A stretch of DNA of 42,371 nucleotides from a virus. The first letter of the stretch is position 1. Each line of letters begins with the position of its first letter. The stretch spans positions 1 to 42,371 of the IMG/VR virus record IMGVR_UViG_3300017690_000001; one strand, 5' to 3'. Both the position numbers and the translations under genes were made by a program. Positions 1-8,405 of the stretch are shown one piece after another. The notes beneath the pieces were generated by a model. That model was not told the DNA's origin and did not search any database. It worked only from the letters and a program-made list of their open reading frames with translations.

Positions 1-123
1 CGGCATTCTTCGCCGCTTGGGGGTATAATGGCACAGCAGCAGGCGCGAGACGAAGCAGGCAACATTTGGTACGTCGATGACGCCGGCAATCCCGTAGGGC
101 TGGCGCAGGCGGCTCCGCAGGGC
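1..123. repeat. Terminal overlap copy 1 (identical to 42249..42371)
   Basis: First 123 nt match the last 123 nt base for base. This implies circular closure or a direct terminal repeat, with unique length 42248 bp. Confidence 0.95.
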
Positions 124-2571
124 GGTGGTAGCGTTGTTGCGCCGAATCCTGTGCAAGCACAGCGGCAGTCGGTGGATCTTGGCGGTGCGCAGCTTGGAAA
201 CCAGAAGACGGCGCAGCAGATCGCGCTAGAAGCGGCAAAGGTACCGTATGCGCCTCGTCAGGCGGCGGCTGATACGACCAAATCAGAGGCGGAAGCCGCT
301 GCGGCGCAATTGACGCTGGAAAAGGCGCGCCGGGAAGCCGCCTTGCCAGTTGCTGGGCAGACGGGCCGCGCCAATCTTCAGCGGGCTATCGATGACATCC
401 GCCAGCGGTTTGCGGCTGGGCCGGGGCGCACCTCTGGTGTTGGCGGCCTGCTTGATTATCTGCCGACGACCGAAAACCAGCAGTTCGACGCGGCCGGCAA
501 TGCCGTGCGCGGGTTTGTCGGGCCGGCGCTCGGGCTGACCGGTGGCCAGCTCAACACCGAGAAGGAAGCGCAGCGCGCAGTCGGCCCGTATATCCCGCAG
601 TCGGGTGATCGCGATCAGGTCATCTTGGACAAGATCGCACGTCTTCAGGGCCTCGCGAACGCTATGGGGGGTAACCGCCAGCAGCAGGCGCAACAGCAGA
701 GCCAGCAGCAACCGCAGATGATTGCGGCAACGTCTGGTGGTGGCGGCAGCGGCAATCCCCCACCCCCCATTGGCCCTGCTGGCTATGACGTTGCCGGTGT
801 CGCTGGCGGCGTGTCCGGTGGTCCCGGTGGTGCGGGCTCGACGTTCGCAGATGCGGCGGGAGTGGCGATGGCGACGAAGCTGAAGCAGGCGTACAATCAG
901 GGCGCGGGCGTACAGCAGCTCAATCAGCTTCTCACTGAGAATGGGTATCAGCCGTTTGCCGATCCGCAGGCGATTGAGGCGATTAATAAGCGCGGGCCGC
1001 TGAATTTTGCACCGCCGCAGGCCGCGGATAACCGTAGCGGCTTGTCGCAGATGCTTGGCGGCGCGGCGGATAGCTCGGGTGGCGCCTATGCCATCAGTGC
1101 CGCGGATGCGCTGTCGGCTGGCACGCTCGACAATATCGCTGGTGGCAACGCTAAGCTGGCAGAGGAATATGCCGCACAGAAGTTTCCCGGCGCAACGCTA
1201 GCAGGACAGGTGACAGGTGGCGCGCTGGCTGCTGGCGCGGGTGAGCTAGGGCTGGCACGCTTGGGCGTCGGCGCTGGCCGCGCTGCGTTTGGTGGCGATG
1301 CGCTGTATGGCGCAGCCTATGGCGCCGGCAGCACGGATGAGGGCAGTCGTCTGCTCGGCGCTGTCGGCGGCGGTGTTGGTGGCTTGGCTGGCGGCATTGC
1401 GGGGCGTGCTGCGGCACGGGGAATTGGCGGGGCGCTTACTGGGGTGCAGAATGCTGACGTGCGTGGCCTGCGGGCCGCGGGCGTGCCGTTGACGGCGGGG
1501 CAGGCGTTGGGTGGCGTCGCCAAGGGCGTAGAAGATCGCCTGTCCGGCGTACCGGTGTTGGGCAACGTCGTAAACGCGCGCCGCCTGGAGGGTATGCAGG
1601 GTTTCAACCGCGCGGCGTTCGATGAGGCGTTGGCCCCGATTGGAGCGAACACAGGCGGTGTGACGGGCGAAGCTGGTATTGATGCCGCACAAGCCGCCAC
1701 TCGACAGGGTTACGACCAGGCATTGACCGGCGTCAATGTGCAGCGCGATCCGCAGTTCACCGGAGAGTATAACCGAGCTTTGGCGACTGGTGCACAGGTG
1801 CCTCGCGTCGGCCCCGAGTTTCAGGCATGGGCGCAGGCCGATCTGGATCCGCTGGTTGCGCAGCCTGCGTTCGACGGTCGCACGGTGCAGGATTTTATCC
1901 AGCAGACGCGCGGCGCCGACTTCGGCAACGATGCCATGGGCAATCTTGTTGGACGTTCGGTGACGGGTGCAGAAGACGCTATGCGCGGGCTGGTGCAGCG
2001 CCAGTCGCCGGGGACGTTGCCAGCGCTTGGGCGTGCGGATCAGGCATACCGGCAGACGCAGGTTTTAAAGGATGCCGTCAACCGCGCCCGCAATGGTACC
2101 CGTGTCGGCGAAACGGGTACATTCGCACCATCGCAGTTGTCGGATGCCGCAGCCGCAAATGCCAAGAAGTTTGGCAACAGCCAGGGGACGACGCGCCAGC
2201 CGTTCTTTGATCTGTCGCGGGCTGGGCAGGCTGTGTTGCCTAATGCCGTCCCCGATAGCGGCACCGCGGGCCGTTTGCTGACACAGCAAGCGCTGGCGGC
2301 TGGAGGCCTTGGCGTGCTGGGTGGTGGTGCGGGCTATGCTGGCGGCGGTGAGGACGGTGCACAGGCTGTTGGTGCTGGCGGGCTCGCGCTGGGCGCCATC
2401 TTGGCGGCTGGCGGTTCGCGTGCGGGCCAGCGCGCTATCACCCGCGCTCTCCTAGACCGTCCAGACGCCCTTGTGCAGCTTGGCAACCAAGTCCAGCGGC
2501 GCGCTCGTATCGGTGGTCTGTTCGGAGCCCCCATGCTCGCTGGCGGTGGCGCCTATCTGGCGGGGCAGTGA
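28..2571 (+). CDS. Internal virion / DNA-ejection (pilot-type) protein, Gly/Ala/Gln-rich, 847 aa
   Basis: Long ORF whose ATG overlaps the stop of the SLT gene (TAATG, seen at 42274-42278). It has Gly/Ala tracts, a poly-Q patch and a hydrophobic Gly-rich C-terminus. Function is inferred from its position after the SLT gene and two small virion proteins. Confidence 0.6.
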   Translation: MAQQQARDEAGNIWYVDDAGNPVGLAQAAPQGGGSVVAPNPVQAQRQSVDLGGAQLGNQKTAQQIALEAAKVPYAPRQAAADTTKSEAEAAAAQLTLEKARREAALPVAGQTGRANLQRAIDDIRQRFAAGPGRTSGVGGLLDYLPTTENQQFDAAGNAVRGFVGPALGLTGGQLNTEKEAQRAVGPYIPQSGDRDQVILDKIARLQGLANAMGGNRQQQAQQQSQQQPQMIAATSGGGGSGNPPPPIGPAGYDVAGVAGGVSGGPGGAGSTFADAAGVAMATKLKQAYNQGAGVQQLNQLLTENGYQPFADPQAIEAINKRGPLNFAPPQAADNRSGLSQMLGGAADSSGGAYAISAADALSAGTLDNIAGGNAKLAEEYAAQKFPGATLAGQVTGGALAAGAGELGLARLGVGAGRAAFGGDALYGAAYGAGSTDEGSRLLGAVGGGVGGLAGGIAGRAAARGIGGALTGVQNADVRGLRAAGVPLTAGQALGGVAKGVEDRLSGVPVLGNVVNARRLEGMQGFNRAAFDEALAPIGANTGGVTGEAGIDAAQAATRQGYDQALTGVNVQRDPQFTGEYNRALATGAQVPRVGPEFQAWAQADLDPLVAQPAFDGRTVQDFIQQTRGADFGNDAMGNLVGRSVTGAEDAMRGLVQRQSPGTLPALGRADQAYRQTQVLKDAVNRARNGTRVGETGTFAPSQLSDAAAANAKKFGNSQGTTRQPFFDLSRAGQAVLPNAVPDSGTAGRLLTQQALAAGGLGVLGGGAGYAGGGEDGAQAVGAGGLALGAILAAGGSRAGQRAITRALLDRPDALVQLGNQVQRRARIGGLFGAPMLAGGGAYLAGQ

Positions 2572-2677
2572 GCGTTCGCGCCAACGATGGATCATCTCGA
2601 AGATGAAGCCTTTGAACACGATGCCTAGCATAATACCCAACATGCCGGTAATATAGCACAATTGCGGAGTACGATAC

Positions 2678-3007
2678 ATGCCAAGTGCATCGGAATTTTC
2701 GACTGACCCGAACCAGAATCTGACAATTGGCGGATTGGACGTATCGGAAGGCTGTTCACCCGCAAATATCAACGGTGCCTTGAGGTATACCGCTGCCGTT
2801 ATCCGTGACAGTGCTGATAAGGTGCCGACCGTTGGCGGCTTCGTGCCCTCGACTGGCGGGACGTACACCGGCGACATCTTTCGACAGTCTCGCGGCGCAT
2901 ATCTGCACCATGCAGGCTCCGGTCAGACCGATGGCCGTGTGATGTTTCTTCCCGAAGGCTCGATACGACCCACCGCGGCCGAAGGTATGATTGTGTTCTA
3001 TTACTGA
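2678..3007 (+). CDS. Small virion/tail-fibre-associated protein (109 aa), function unknown
   Basis: ATG-initiated ORF following a 106-nt AT-richer gap. Its stop overlaps the next ATG (TGATG). It lies between the ejection protein and the tailspike. Confidence 0.55.
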   Translation: MPSASEFSTDPNQNLTIGGLDVSEGCSPANINGALRYTAAVIRDSADKVPTVGGFVPSTGGTYTGDIFRQSRGAYLHHAGSGQTDGRVMFLPEGSIRPTAAEGMIVFYY

Positions 3008-3453
3008 TGGACACGTTCAACTCTGGCGCATGGCGAAAGGCCACACGGGGCGAGATCTACATCGGTGGAGCTTGGCGTTCGTTCACGCGTGCAGAGGCCT
3101 ATATCAATGATTCGTGGCGCACGGTGTTGAGCTTTGCCAAACCGTTCTCGGTAAGCGCGCCGCCCTCCCTCACTGGTGCCAGAACTACCCAGAAGCCGAC
3201 CGCGGGCACAGCCATTACGCCTCCGGCAACGGCAACGCCTACCGGAGGCACCGCACCTTATTCGTATCTGTGGCAGATCATATCGGGCAGCGCTGGCATC
3301 GCCACGCCGAACAATGCGTCCACCACGTTTAGCGCGTACCTGCCAGCCTATGGATCGTCTGAGGCTGTGGCGCGAGTGACATGTACGGACGCACGGGGAT
3401 TGACGGCTACAGCCAGCGTGCAGCTATCGTTTTTCAATGAAGTTCTAGAGTAG
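3007..3453 (+). CDS. Ig-like (PKD/Big-type) domain virion protein
   Basis: 148 aa. The C-terminal ~90 aa (TGGTAPYSYLWQ...ARVTCTDARGLTATASVQLSF) matches the pattern of bacterial Ig-like/PKD domains. It is coupled to the upstream gene. Confidence 0.6.
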   Translation: MDTFNSGAWRKATRGEIYIGGAWRSFTRAEAYINDSWRTVLSFAKPFSVSAPPSLTGARTTQKPTAGTAITPPATATPTGGTAPYSYLWQIISGSAGIATPNNASTTFSAYLPAYGSSEAVARVTCTDARGLTATASVQLSFFNEVLE

Positions 3454-3462
3454 GGGCGGGCA

Positions 3463-5265
3463 ATGCACCATTATTTCGAGGCCATCACCAACACCAGCGG
3501 CGACAGCCTCATTGGCTATTTTGCGCGTGTGGTGGACCCTGCCACGAACAATGGCGTGGCGATCGCTGCCGACAATAATGGCACGCCGATCAGCACCGTC
3601 TCGGGTGTCGATAACGCCGCCAAGACGGACGCGTATGGCAACCTCGACTTCTACGTGCAGCCGGGGACGTATCACCTCGACATCTATGCCCCTAATGCGA
3701 CCAGCTTGCAGCTGCGGGTGCAAAATGTCGCGATGAACTCTTCTAAGGGGGATACCGGTGAACCCGGACCTCAGGGGAATGTCGGTGCTTCAGATGCGGC
3801 ATTCACTACGCTGGCAGCCCTGAATGCAATTGACCCGGTTGCCTTTCCCTCACCTCGTCTTGCCGCGCCATCCGGCGCTGATAACGGCGTTGCCAACGGC
3901 TTGTTCAACTACCAGCTTGGCAACTTCACCGGTCGTACCGATGTGGTACAGGTCAATGGTATTCCTATAACGACTGGCGCGCTTGTGCGCCAAAGCGCCG
4001 GTTCGGTCGCGATCAGCTTCGGCGCCAACACCGTGCCAGCCACTGTCCAAGACGCGCTGATGAATCCCGGAGCGGTGCCCCTTACCCGTTGGATGGTGGG
4101 ACAGGGCGTATCACTGGATTTTGCTATCTTCTGGGGTATTCAGGCTGGCTACCGCGACTTTACGTTGCCGCCGGGGCGTTTCCGCACCAACGGCCAGATG
4201 TCTCTGTTTGACGTAACCGACCCCACCAAGGGCGTCCGCCTTACGGGTGCTGGGCAAGGCGTGACCATTATCGACAGTTACGCTACGGACATCGCTATCA
4301 ATCTTGGCGGCTCCAGCCCGTGTTTGCGGGACATTACCGTTAACATGAAGAATGGCGCATATGGCGGCGCGGTAGGGTCTCTTGAAAGAAACATTATCAA
4401 CGGGCTTGTAGAGCGAGTTACAGTCACTCAAGAACCGGGGTGCAACTGCAACCAGTTTACATTTGATTGGAACAATAATGGCGCTCTGAATGGGCTTTCC
4501 ATCATTGACTGCAACTCGATCAAGCCGCAGCGCATGGGGCTTGAGGCGCTTAGCCAGAACAGGCCGTTAGAGCAGATTGGCCTGCGTATCGTAAACTTCC
4601 GTTGCTTCGATCCCACCGACGCCGGCAATCCTTCAAACACCGGGTTCGCGCCAGCTATTTCTCTGGATGGTAATTTCACAAATCCACGCATTGAAAACTT
4701 TTACTGCGAGGATGGTATTGGCAGCCATATCGAGCTTATCAAGGTGCAAAGCCCTGAGGTCATCAACCCGACTTGGGTAAGGCCGAAGAATGCCATTCTT
4801 ATTGCGTCCAATGCTATCCCGGTGAAGAACCTTCTTCTCGTGGGCGGAAGGATCGTGAACCCGATTCAAGAAACCTCGCTCAACCTTCAGTCCGCTCAAA
4901 ATGCGATCATTGACGGGTGCGAGCTTCTGCAATGCTATATCTACAACGGCATTGCCCCTGACACCACGATCCAGAATTGCAAGGTTGTATCGGGCACGCG
5001 CTTTTGTGTGTTCAATGGCGGCGGCGGCGGCGGCGGTCCGCGCCTAGTGATCCGTAATACCACTATGGACAATCGAACGTACAACAACGCCAATGGCGCA
5101 TGCTACGGTGGCAGCGTTGGTGGATCCGTGCAGATGACTGGAAACTCGTTCTACAAATCTCCTGCCGCACCAGACCCTAGCGGTTATGTTACGATCGACG
5201 CTGGCGTGCAGGTCGCTGCGACCGCCAATTTCAAGGATGGGATTGCCGTCCCTAGCGGGTATTAA
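3463..5265 (+). CDS. Tailspike / receptor-binding depolymerase-like protein
   Basis: 600 aa with collagen-like GDTGEPGPQGNVG (3748-3786) and a periodic N/G/I/V-rich core typical of right-handed beta-helix spikes. It is the last large gene before the lysis cassette. Confidence 0.75.
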   Translation: MHHYFEAITNTSGDSLIGYFARVVDPATNNGVAIAADNNGTPISTVSGVDNAAKTDAYGNLDFYVQPGTYHLDIYAPNATSLQLRVQNVAMNSSKGDTGEPGPQGNVGASDAAFTTLAALNAIDPVAFPSPRLAAPSGADNGVANGLFNYQLGNFTGRTDVVQVNGIPITTGALVRQSAGSVAISFGANTVPATVQDALMNPGAVPLTRWMVGQGVSLDFAIFWGIQAGYRDFTLPPGRFRTNGQMSLFDVTDPTKGVRLTGAGQGVTIIDSYATDIAINLGGSSPCLRDITVNMKNGAYGGAVGSLERNIINGLVERVTVTQEPGCNCNQFTFDWNNNGALNGLSIIDCNSIKPQRMGLEALSQNRPLEQIGLRIVNFRCFDPTDAGNPSNTGFAPAISLDGNFTNPRIENFYCEDGIGSHIELIKVQSPEVINPTWVRPKNAILIASNAIPVKNLLLVGGRIVNPIQETSLNLQSAQNAIIDGCELLQCYIYNGIAPDTTIQNCKVVSGTRFCVFNGGGGGGGPRLVIRNTTMDNRTYNNANGACYGGSVGGSVQMTGNSFYKSPAAPDPSGYVTIDAGVQVAATANFKDGIAVPSGY

Positions 5266-5337
5266 TCTTTGTGGTTTTTGCTATTGTGTATCGGGCAATC
5301 AAGTGCCCTACACCAACTAACGCAGGAGCAATGCGAC

Positions 5338-5502
5338 ATGAGCGACAAGAAACCTCATAAGAAGCACGATCACGACGATCAGGAGGCACAGACGCTGGAT
5401 GACACCGTGCCGCCGCGTACCGGCCCAGGCACTGGTACGCCCACCCCTGACGCCGGTAGCGGTGGTGGCGGTGTCAAGAACCCGCCCCCTCCCGGCGGCT
5501 GA
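5338..5502 (+). CDS. Small charged, Pro/Gly-rich protein (54 aa)
   Basis: ATG with AGGAG 9 nt upstream. The longer 5269 start in the ORF track lacks an SD. Sequence is low-complexity. Confidence 0.4.
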   Translation: MSDKKPHKKHDHDDQEAQTLDDTVPPRTGPGTGTPTPDAGSGGGGVKNPPPPGG

Positions 5503-5505
5503 TAG

Positions 5506-6027
5506 ATGCTGAAGCTGGTCACATTCGGCCTGCTGTGTGCCGTCGCCCTAGTGGTGGCGGCACATGCCTATGAGGAACGCCGGTTTGCCAAGCTGTGCGC
5601 GGCAGTCATTGCCGCCAATTGGCTGCTGTTCGCAATGCCGTGGATTTATAACCCGCTGTCGCCAGCGCACATCCTGAAGGTGTGGGGGATGCCTGCTAGT
5701 CACGAAGATATGTGGGCATTGACCGACCTATTGAGTCTTGTTGTTGTGGCATGGGCGGGTCGTAGTATATGGTGGTCCCCGATGATCTGGACCGTCTATC
5801 TTGCCACCTTGTGCATGCATGCGTTGGCTTGGCTCAATGGTTTCCAGTATGTTGAATATGAGACTGTTCTTGACGCGTGCCTTGTCGTCCAGATTGCGGT
5901 CCTGTTCGTAGTCGGGGGTGATGGAATTGCCGATCGTTTGTCTGGTTTGCGCGATAGGTTTCGTGTTCTGGGCAGGGCTTCCTGCCAGCGTTCTTCGGCA
6001 GTTTCGTCGTATGAGGCGCAGCGATGA
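5506..6027 (+). CDS. Multi-pass membrane protein (4-5 predicted TM helices)
   Basis: 173 aa with several hydrophobic helices rich in W/L/A/V. It lies directly upstream of the holin-like genes. Confidence 0.65.
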   Translation: MLKLVTFGLLCAVALVVAAHAYEERRFAKLCAAVIAANWLLFAMPWIYNPLSPAHILKVWGMPASHEDMWALTDLLSLVVVAWAGRSIWWSPMIWTVYLATLCMHALAWLNGFQYVEYETVLDACLVVQIAVLFVVGGDGIADRLSGLRDRFRVLGRASCQRSSAVSSYEAQR

Positions 6028-6329
6028 TTGAGCAGCAGGATATGCGCCATGTGTGGCTGGTGATGTCAGCCATGGCGGGCGCTATCACTGCTTTGGCGCA
6101 GATGAAGTATAAGGAGATGACCTGGGCCGATATCGGCTTCACGCTCTTCTCGGGGTTTGGTTTTGCGGTGTTCTTCATGCCGTGGGCCGCATCTAAATTC
6201 GGCATCATGCCCGACGATATCCGCGGCACGAACGCGGTGGTCTATATCGGCGGCACCGGCTGGAATATCCTGATGCCTTTCGCCATCCAGAAGGCCAAAG
6301 CATTCTTTGGCGGAAAGGACGAGGCATGA
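6024..6329 (+). CDS. Holin-like membrane protein (about 3 TM)
   Basis: 101 aa with three hydrophobic segments and a charged C-terminus. ATGA overlap with the upstream gene. It lies two genes upstream of the endolysin. Confidence 0.65.
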   Translation: MIEQQDMRHVWLVMSAMAGAITALAQMKYKEMTWADIGFTLFSGFGFAVFFMPWAASKFGIMPDDIRGTNAVVYIGGTGWNILMPFAIQKAKAFFGGKDEA

Positions 6330-6649
6330 GCGTCTTCGACATCGTGAACACGGTAGGGCGGGTCATGCTGACCGTCGTGGTGATCTACAAGCTGGCACAG
6401 TTCCGCGAGATGGCTAACGTCACGGAACGATACGGCCTTGGCATGATGGGGACAGGATCCTTTCTGACCGTGCCTGTCATCCTCTACAAGAACAACAATC
6501 CATTCGAGGGCTGGGCCGTCACGCTGCTGACTGTCGGCGCCATCATGTTCCTCGTCGGCCGCACGTGGCGCGATCGTAAGCATGCGCGCAACAACAAGCT
6601 GGCCGTCGAACAAGGGCGTCTGTGGCAGGCGCAGAAGGGGAAGCCGTGA
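6326..6649 (+). CDS. Holin/antiholin-like membrane protein (about 3 TM)
   Basis: 107 aa with hydrophobic segments followed by a highly basic C-terminal tail (RDRKHARNNK...). ATGA overlap upstream; its stop overlaps the endolysin GTG. Confidence 0.65.
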   Translation: MSVFDIVNTVGRVMLTVVVIYKLAQFREMANVTERYGLGMMGTGSFLTVPVILYKNNNPFEGWAVTLLTVGAIMFLVGRTWRDRKHARNNKLAVEQGRLWQAQKGKP

Positions 6650-7086
6650 GCGCGATCAAGATAGCCGCTGAGCTTATCAAGAACTTCGAAGGCTGCCGCC
6701 TGAAGGCTTATCCCGACCCCGGCAGTGGCGGCGATCCCTGGACCATCGGTTGGGGCGCAACCGGTACCGGCATCCGCCGCGGCGTGGTATGGACGCAGGC
6801 GCAAGCTGACGGGCGTCTAGCGACTGATCTGGTGGGTTATGAGGCGGGGGTAGTGAAGGCGCTTGGCGGCGCTCCTGCAACGGACAGTCAGCGCGGCGCT
6901 CTTATCTCAATGGCGTACAATATTGGGACAGGTGCGCTCGCATCGTCCACGCTCATCAAGAAGCACAAGGCTGGGGACTACGCCGGTGCTGCCGCTGAGT
7001 TTGCCCGTTGGAACAAGGCCAGTGGCAAGGTGCTGGCGGGCCTGACGCGGCGCCGCGCGGCTGAAGCAGCTGTGTATCGATCATGA
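6622..7086 (+). CDS. Endolysin, GH24 (T4/lambda-type) lysozyme
   Basis: IKNFEGCRLKAYPDPGSGGDPWTIGWG carries the E-(8)-D-(5)-T lysozyme signature. An alternative coupled GTG start at 6646 (GTGA with upstream stop) is equally plausible. Confidence 0.9.
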   Translation: MAGAEGEAVSAIKIAAELIKNFEGCRLKAYPDPGSGGDPWTIGWGATGTGIRRGVVWTQAQADGRLATDLVGYEAGVVKALGGAPATDSQRGALISMAYNIGTGALASSTLIKKHKAGDYAGAAAEFARWNKASGKVLAGLTRRRAAEAAVYRS

Positions 7087-7319
7087 GCGCCCACGAGCAG
7101 CTTATTGCCTATCTGGCCACCCTGTTCACACTAGCGCTGGTGTTCGCCATTGCAATCATCGCCGCGGCCATGGTGCCGGAGTTGCTGGGCAAGGCGGAGG
7201 TGTTCGGTCTGGGCACCATCACCGGCGGTTTGATTGGCATCTTGCGCATTCCGACGCAGCGCGCACCAGCCGCATCCACCGACAGCGGTGACATCAACGT
7301 CACGACACCGAAGGAGTAA
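7083..7319 (+). CDS. Two-TM membrane protein, lysis accessory candidate
   Basis: 78 aa with two hydrophobic helices. ATGA overlap with the endolysin stop. Confidence 0.6.
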   Translation: MSAHEQLIAYLATLFTLALVFAIAIIAAAMVPELLGKAEVFGLGTITGGLIGILRIPTQRAPAASTDSGDINVTTPKE

Positions 7320-7324
7320 CGAGC

Positions 7325-7687
7325 ATGAACATCTTCAAAAAAATCGCAGGCATCTTCAGCAAGAAGAACATCACCGCCGTCATCGAGCTTACCGACGCAC
7401 AGAAGGCCATCGCAGCCCTCAAGAACACCGAAGTCGGCGCTGCGGTTGCGGCGGACATCAAGGCGCTTACCAGCAGCACGCTCAGCGGTCCTGAGAAGTT
7501 CGAAGCGGTGGTGGTCAACACGTTGCCGCTGCTGGTCGATGCGCTGAAGGCTGGCGGCATCACCAAAAGCCTGAAAGAGGTAGAAGACATCGGCCGCGCG
7601 TTCGTGCAGGACGTGTTCAACTCGACCGTCAGCAAGAAGGCCGAAACGATCGGCTCGTTGCTGCTGAAGGTTCTGGGCCTCAAGTGA
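7325..7687 (+). CDS. Hypothetical amphipathic protein (120 aa)
   Basis: ATG 5 nt after the upstream stop, with GAAGGAG just upstream. No recognised domain. Confidence 0.6.
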   Translation: MNIFKKIAGIFSKKNITAVIELTDAQKAIAALKNTEVGAAVAADIKALTSSTLSGPEKFEAVVVNTLPLLVDALKAGGITKSLKEVEDIGRAFVQDVFNSTVSKKAETIGSLLLKVLGLK

Positions 7688-7920
7688 GCAAGCTAGACCG
7701 CCTGCTAGGCAAGCTACCGCCGGAGATCCCGGCAGGCGGTCGGGCTTATGTCTCCATGGACGCACCGGATGGTTCAGCGTGGTCCGTGCGGGTCGAGACG
7801 GTGGACGGTAAGTCTAAACGTATCAGCCCGTCGTTCACGCGTCAGACGACGGCTTATGCGTTCTTGGACTGGACCGAGGGTGTGGCGGATACGTTTGAGT
7901 ATCCCGAAGGAATGGCGTAA
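7684..7920 (+). CDS. Hypothetical protein (78 aa), last gene of the rightward block
   Basis: GTG start overlapping the upstream stop (GTGA). It converges on leftward gene 8012..8203. Confidence 0.55.
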   Translation: MSKLDRLLGKLPPEIPAGGRAYVSMDAPDGSAWSVRVETVDGKSKRISPSFTRQTTAYAFLDWTEGVADTFEYPEGMA

Positions 7921-8011
7921 AGCCATACCGGCTACCTGCGCCGCCACACCTTCGCGATACCCACCAGATCGCGGCTGATCCCCAACCGTAAGGCGGGATG
8001 CGCGGGTAGCA

Positions 8012-8203
8012 TCACTTCCCCCTCACCTGATCGAGTGCTGCGATGGCGGCGCGGGCGTCGTCGACAAATTCCGGCCAGACATAATCGATAGCAGCCGGCT
8101 GCATAGCCTCAAGGCCGCTGGATGCCGTGTCATGACGACGAGCCTTTCGGATCTGGCGTTCTGCCATACGGCGCGCCACAGCCTCTACCTCTACTGTTAT
8201 CAC
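8012..8203 (-). CDS. Hypothetical protein (63 aa)
   Basis: GTG start overlapping the upstream stop (GTGA). Last gene of the leftward early operon. Confidence 0.5.
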   Translation of the reverse strand: MITVEVEAVARRMAERQIRKARRHDTASSGLEAMQPAAIDYVWPEFVDDARAAIAALDQVRGK

Positions 8204-8388
8204 TCCCCCTCCCCCTCCTCACCGGCGTCGATGCCGCGGATGGCGGTGCGGGCATCTTCTCGAACCCATCCGTAGCCCGCACATACGAAGCAGGTTTCAT
8301 TCCAATATGTCCCCCGCCCTTCACAGCAATAGCACTCTGCTTTTTCTCCTGTACGTCCGTAAAAGTCCGCGTCATCGTAATCAATCAT
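8200..8388 (-). CDS. Mini zinc-finger protein with two CxxCxGxG (DnaJ-type) motifs
   Basis: CYCCEGRG and CFVCAGYG motifs within 62 aa. SD GGGAGG lies 5 nt upstream of the ATG. Confidence 0.65.
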   Translation of the reverse strand: MIDYDDADFYGRTGEKAECYCCEGRGTYWNETCFVCAGYGWVREDARTAIRGIDAGEEGEGE

Positions 8389-8405
8389 CGCTGCCTCCCA
8401 TGGTG
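8381..8405. repeat. 25-bp perfect direct repeat, copy 1 (gene-junction cassette)
   Basis: tcaatcatcgctgcctcccatggtg is identical to 8511..8535. On the coding strand it reads TMGGSDD-stop + SD GGGAGG + ATGATTGA. Confidence 0.95.

Noticed and set aside
28-120. YVDD tetrapeptide (NIWYVDDAG) at the N-terminus of the 847-aa protein, resembling the reverse-transcriptase/polymerase catalytic motif.
   Set aside because: It is an isolated tetrapeptide in a Gly/Ala-rich structural protein. None of the surrounding RT motifs (1-4, 6-7) are present.
2452-2679. Antisense ORF starting in the AT-richer 106-nt gap 2572-2677. It encodes a TM-like segment (MYRTPQLCYITGMLGIMLGIVFKGFIF...).
   Set aside because: There is no SD upstream of its ATG. 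Two thirds of the ORF overlaps the 3' end of the 847-aa gene, where its sequence becomes low-complexity. The gap more likely holds an internal promoter or spacer. It is worth a glance in strand-specific RNA-seq, but I cannot support it as a gene.
7109-7765. Long ORFs antisense to confident genes. Examples: 7109-7765(-), 10835-11566(+), 15433-16092(+), 17139-17768(+), 20013-20795(+), 22171-23019(-), 28839-29432(-), 29496-30062(-), 33526-34041(-), 34918-35541(-), 35453-36088(+), 38477-39019(-), 39634-40185(-).
   Set aside because: These are typical shadow ORFs of GC-rich DNA. Their products are Arg/Pro/Ala/Gly-rich low-complexity strings without SDs or coupling, and the opposite strand carries recognisable domains or coupled gene chains.
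7921-8011. A bidirectional terminator was expected between the convergent late and early-left blocks.
   Set aside because: Only a weak 6-bp stem (cgcgat/atcgcg, 9-nt loop) without U-tracts is present. I cannot support a terminator call from sequence alone.
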